NCBI GenBank assembly: GCA_010909165.1
Contig: MU008150.1
Location: forward strand, 372,001-436,000
Length of the DNA stretch: 64,000 nucleotides
Origin: Anthoceros angustus
Taxonomy: Eukaryota; Plantae; Anthocerotophyta
Direction of reading: 5' to 3'
Shown here piece after piece: positions 61,050 to 64,000 of the stretch. Each line of letters begins with the position of its first letter. Positions within the stretch are counted from its first letter, which is position 1. The notes under the pieces were generated by a model. It saw only the letters and a list, made by a program, of their open reading frames with translations, was not told the origin of the DNA and made no database searches. The position numbers and the translations under genes were made by a program.

Positions 61050-62191
61050 CATGGATGTCAAGCTAACTTTCGTAAAGCGCTTATTGTGGCCCATGGTTGC
61101 CGAGATTGGCTTGTATGAAGACAATCATACCGATTTGGGGCTATTTGTCATGGTTCTCACGCTCCTCGCCGAGATGTTCGACCAGCTGGCTTTCTCATGA
61201 GAAGAAGGAGTGGGTCCGCCATCGCCGCAAGGTGTCCGCCGATGAAATTATGTGTCGACACAAGGATGCCGTGGTTCATGAAGGTAAATAATTCAGCAGA
61301 GCCATACAAACACGTTAGAGATGACTACATGTTACGGCAAGATGTTTTGAACATTGCTACTCGCTTGGATATAGGTGAATACAAGCTTCATGTTGATGAT
61401 TGCACCTCTGCTTTCCATGTGGCTTGCAAAATGCGTCTGGTATTTTACTTGGCACGATGACAAACCATTCGCTTGGGAATTCGGACCCATTCATGTTGGA
61501 GGCTATGGTACAAGATGGAAATAATAGTGTTTTAGCTATGGATGCCACATTCGGCATGAACAAGTACAAGTACAATTTGTTCACCGTGATGGTGTTTGAC
61601 CTCATTTTAACGGAGTACCGTTGCTTGGGTGATTTCCAAGGAGGCAACAATTGCCTCGATGGTTCCATGGTCATTCGCCCGCAGTATTCAAACGTGACCC
61701 TGCATGGATTCCGAGCTCCTTCATCGTGGATGATTGCGTCGAGATAACTATCCAACAGGTTTGGTCACATAACATGCCGATCATATTGTGTTTGTGGCAT
61801 GTTCGTAAAGCTTGGCGACGTCAACTGCTAAGCAAGGTACGTGACATGGATGACCGGAAAGCAATTTGGGCAGAACTAGGTGGAATTATGTATGTCCAAG
61901 GTGCAACCACAGCAGCCATTTGTTTGAGCACTGCAAGGTCTATGCTATCTGCATTCTATGCCAAGTGGGAGGTCAAACAACCTGCTTACGTTTCGTATTT
62001 CAAAGCTCAGTGGGATTCCATAATGGGTTAGTTCATTTTCTACGCACTTCATGTTTTTGCTCCTGTTACCTTCAGGTGAACCCGTGACAAGTGAATGATT
62101 GTTGCTGCAGAAATGTGGATCTGTAATGCTCGGCTATTCCCTCATGCCGGGCAGAATACTACCTCGGCAGTGGAAGCATTTCACCGCTTCT
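61050..62191 (+). mobile_element. Degenerate MULE-like (Mutator) transposase with introns, truncated at 62191
   Basis: HGCQANF..KRLLWPMVAEIGLYEDNH, RDDYMLRQDVLNIA, AMDATFGMNKYKYNLFTVMVFD, WIPSSFIVDD, ILCLWHVRKAW, and after an intron MWICNARLFPHAGQNTTSAVEAFH. Confidence 0.82.
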
Positions 62192-62395
62192 CACTACAAG
62201 GAGGGGCTACCTTTTACAAATGGGTCTAAGTTTAGTTAGAGGAAACTACAACACTCTTACTACAGCTCAAAGCCTTGTTGTAAGTTTTTCGAACATTTAC
62301 AACAAGGGTTCCTAACTAATATGATGTGGCATGGATTTTACAACAGGGGTTTGTTGACATGGCATGTTGACACGAATTTTACAACCGGGGTCACC
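62192..62395 (+). mobile_element. CACTA-like left terminus with TTTACAAC subterminal repeats
   Basis: CACTACAAG starts exactly where the MULE frame stops. TTTACAAC(A/C)-GGG motifs occur at about 62298, 62337 and 62378. Confidence 0.55.
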
Positions 62396-62417
62396 ACCAA
62401 GCAACCTTACCCATTGT

Positions 62418-63760
62418 ATGGAGAGGGGAAGGGGTAGGAGGATCCTGATGAATTTGTTGAGCGTTTTGAGCAGCTGACATTTGCAAACCAGGAAGCGGGT
62501 GATGCACAGATTCAGCTGTTCTACTGTGTTCTTCGGGGAGGACCAGCAAAGTGGTATAGGCGCGAATATCTCAAGTCAGCCACACCTCCAGCCACCTTTG
62601 AAGAGTTAAAAAGCGCCTTCTGTGAAAGGTTTAGGGGGCTCGACGTGGAGGGATATGTGTTGTCCCAACTTGAAAAGTCAGAGAGGAAGGAAGGAAACCT
62701 TGCAAGCGATGTTGAGAGGTTTCAGCCACGCGATCGGGTGGTCCTCATTCGAGCTGCTGCAATACGGTGGTTCGCTAAAGGCCTGGGTTCTAAGATGGGG
62801 AGACACGTAAGGTTGCAAGCGGAGAAGAGTTTGGGCAAGGCTATCAAGGCAGCGCTAAATTATAAGGAATCTAACCCGCAGGATATAAAGAGAGCTAGAA
62901 AGGACAGGAGGAAGCCCAGGACAGGAGGAAGCCCAGGACAGGGAAAAAGAGAAAGGATTCCTCATCCTCCTCGGAAGAAAGTTCATCAGGTGAGGAGAGT
63001 TCCACAGAAGATTCCACAGAGAGTTCCACAGAGGAAGAAACAAGTGACAGCTCGGAAGAATCGTCAGATGAGGAGCGCGCCAGACGGAAAAAGAAGAAAA
63101 CAAGGGGTGAGGGGGAAGGAAGGGTCGCATACGGGACAACAAGGAACTGGCAAGAGCGAAACAAGAGGCGTTGTATGCAAAAAAAGATGCGGAGCAGGCG
63201 AGAAGGGAAGCTGAGGCGGCAGCCAAGAAAGTGGAACAACAGGGAAACAAGATGGAGGAGATGATGGCAAAATTTGAGAAATTCCATCTCAACGCGGTGA
63301 AGGAACACGAGAGAAGGAGAGCTGCCACGAATCCATGGGCTAACCTCTTCTGTTCAACATGTGGGCAGCAGGGTCACTCCAAGGCTAACTGCCCGACAAC
63401 AAGAGTGCAACTGCTCGGATATGAGGAGGAAGAGGAAGATACCCCTGTGGAGGATACATATCAGATTCAGGAAGTACAGTCAAATCAGGTGTACCCGAAG
63501 ACTATGTATCCCTCCAACTTACGAAATTCCGCAGGCGTAGGCGTTCGTAATCAGCTGGCGCGGAGTAATAATCCGATGGGCACTGTCCTGTGCTACAACT
63601 GTCGCAACCTTGGACACTATGCGCATAGCTGCCCTTGGCCAACCCGTCAGGGCAATGGAGATTTCGATAAACTGTGTGAAGATTGCAAGCAGCAGGGGCA
63701 TTTGGCAGGAAGCGTACTTTGCCAAAACCCCAGAAAAACAGTCAGGATCGCGCAGCCACC
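62418..63760 (+). mobile_element. Ty3/Gypsy-type gag remnant with CCHC zinc knuckles (frameshifted)
   Basis: DPDEFVERFE...LRGGPAKWY...TFEELKSAFCERF; knuckles CSTCGQQGHSKANC (63351) and CYNCRNLGHYAHSC (63591). Confidence 0.8.
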
Positions 63761-64000
63761 AGTGACGGGGGTTCAGCTGGCTCCGAGCCAAGGTTCCGTG
63801 CCTGCCATGCATGTAGAAGACGCGTTGATGGCTGTATGGGAGGGCGCCGAGATTAAGACCCTAAAAAGCTTAGAGGGTTTAGATGCCATGGATAATGATT
63901 ATTATGGGGAGGCATCTGCCATGGTCGTCAGAACGCGGAGCTCAAAAGCTAAGGAGAAGAGGCGTGGGGGAAAGAAAAGAAGGAAGGAGGTAGATACGAC

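Overview
Eukaryotic nuclear DNA from a land plant, probably a non-seed plant (inferred from PLS-type PPR remnants, short introns and the transposon content; the species cannot be determined from the sequence). A gene-rich core (about 18.9-50 kb) holds nine recognisable protein genes: an AN1/C2H2 zinc-finger stress-associated protein, an intronless DEG15 peroxisomal protease, a plasma-membrane H+-ATPase, a PAR1-family protein, a small CxCxPTxHxGSFRCxLH-motif protein, ubiquitin-RUB1, a conserved coiled-coil protein, a GH17-X8 beta-1,3-glucanase and PsbP-domain protein PPD7. Both flanks are transposon graveyards. The left flank has tandem duplications, a 6.5-kb GC-rich mosaic repeat and a degenerate intron-containing IS3EU-like DDE transposase. 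The right flank has CRE-like, Copia, Gypsy, MULE and CACTA-like pieces, a 45-50 bp satellite and a 1.3-kb inverted repeat. Two tRNA-derived pseudogenes are present. Many repeat copies carry scattered small indels and there is one N, so some structures may be long-read assembly artefacts. All identifications come from manual translation and motif recognition; no database search was run.
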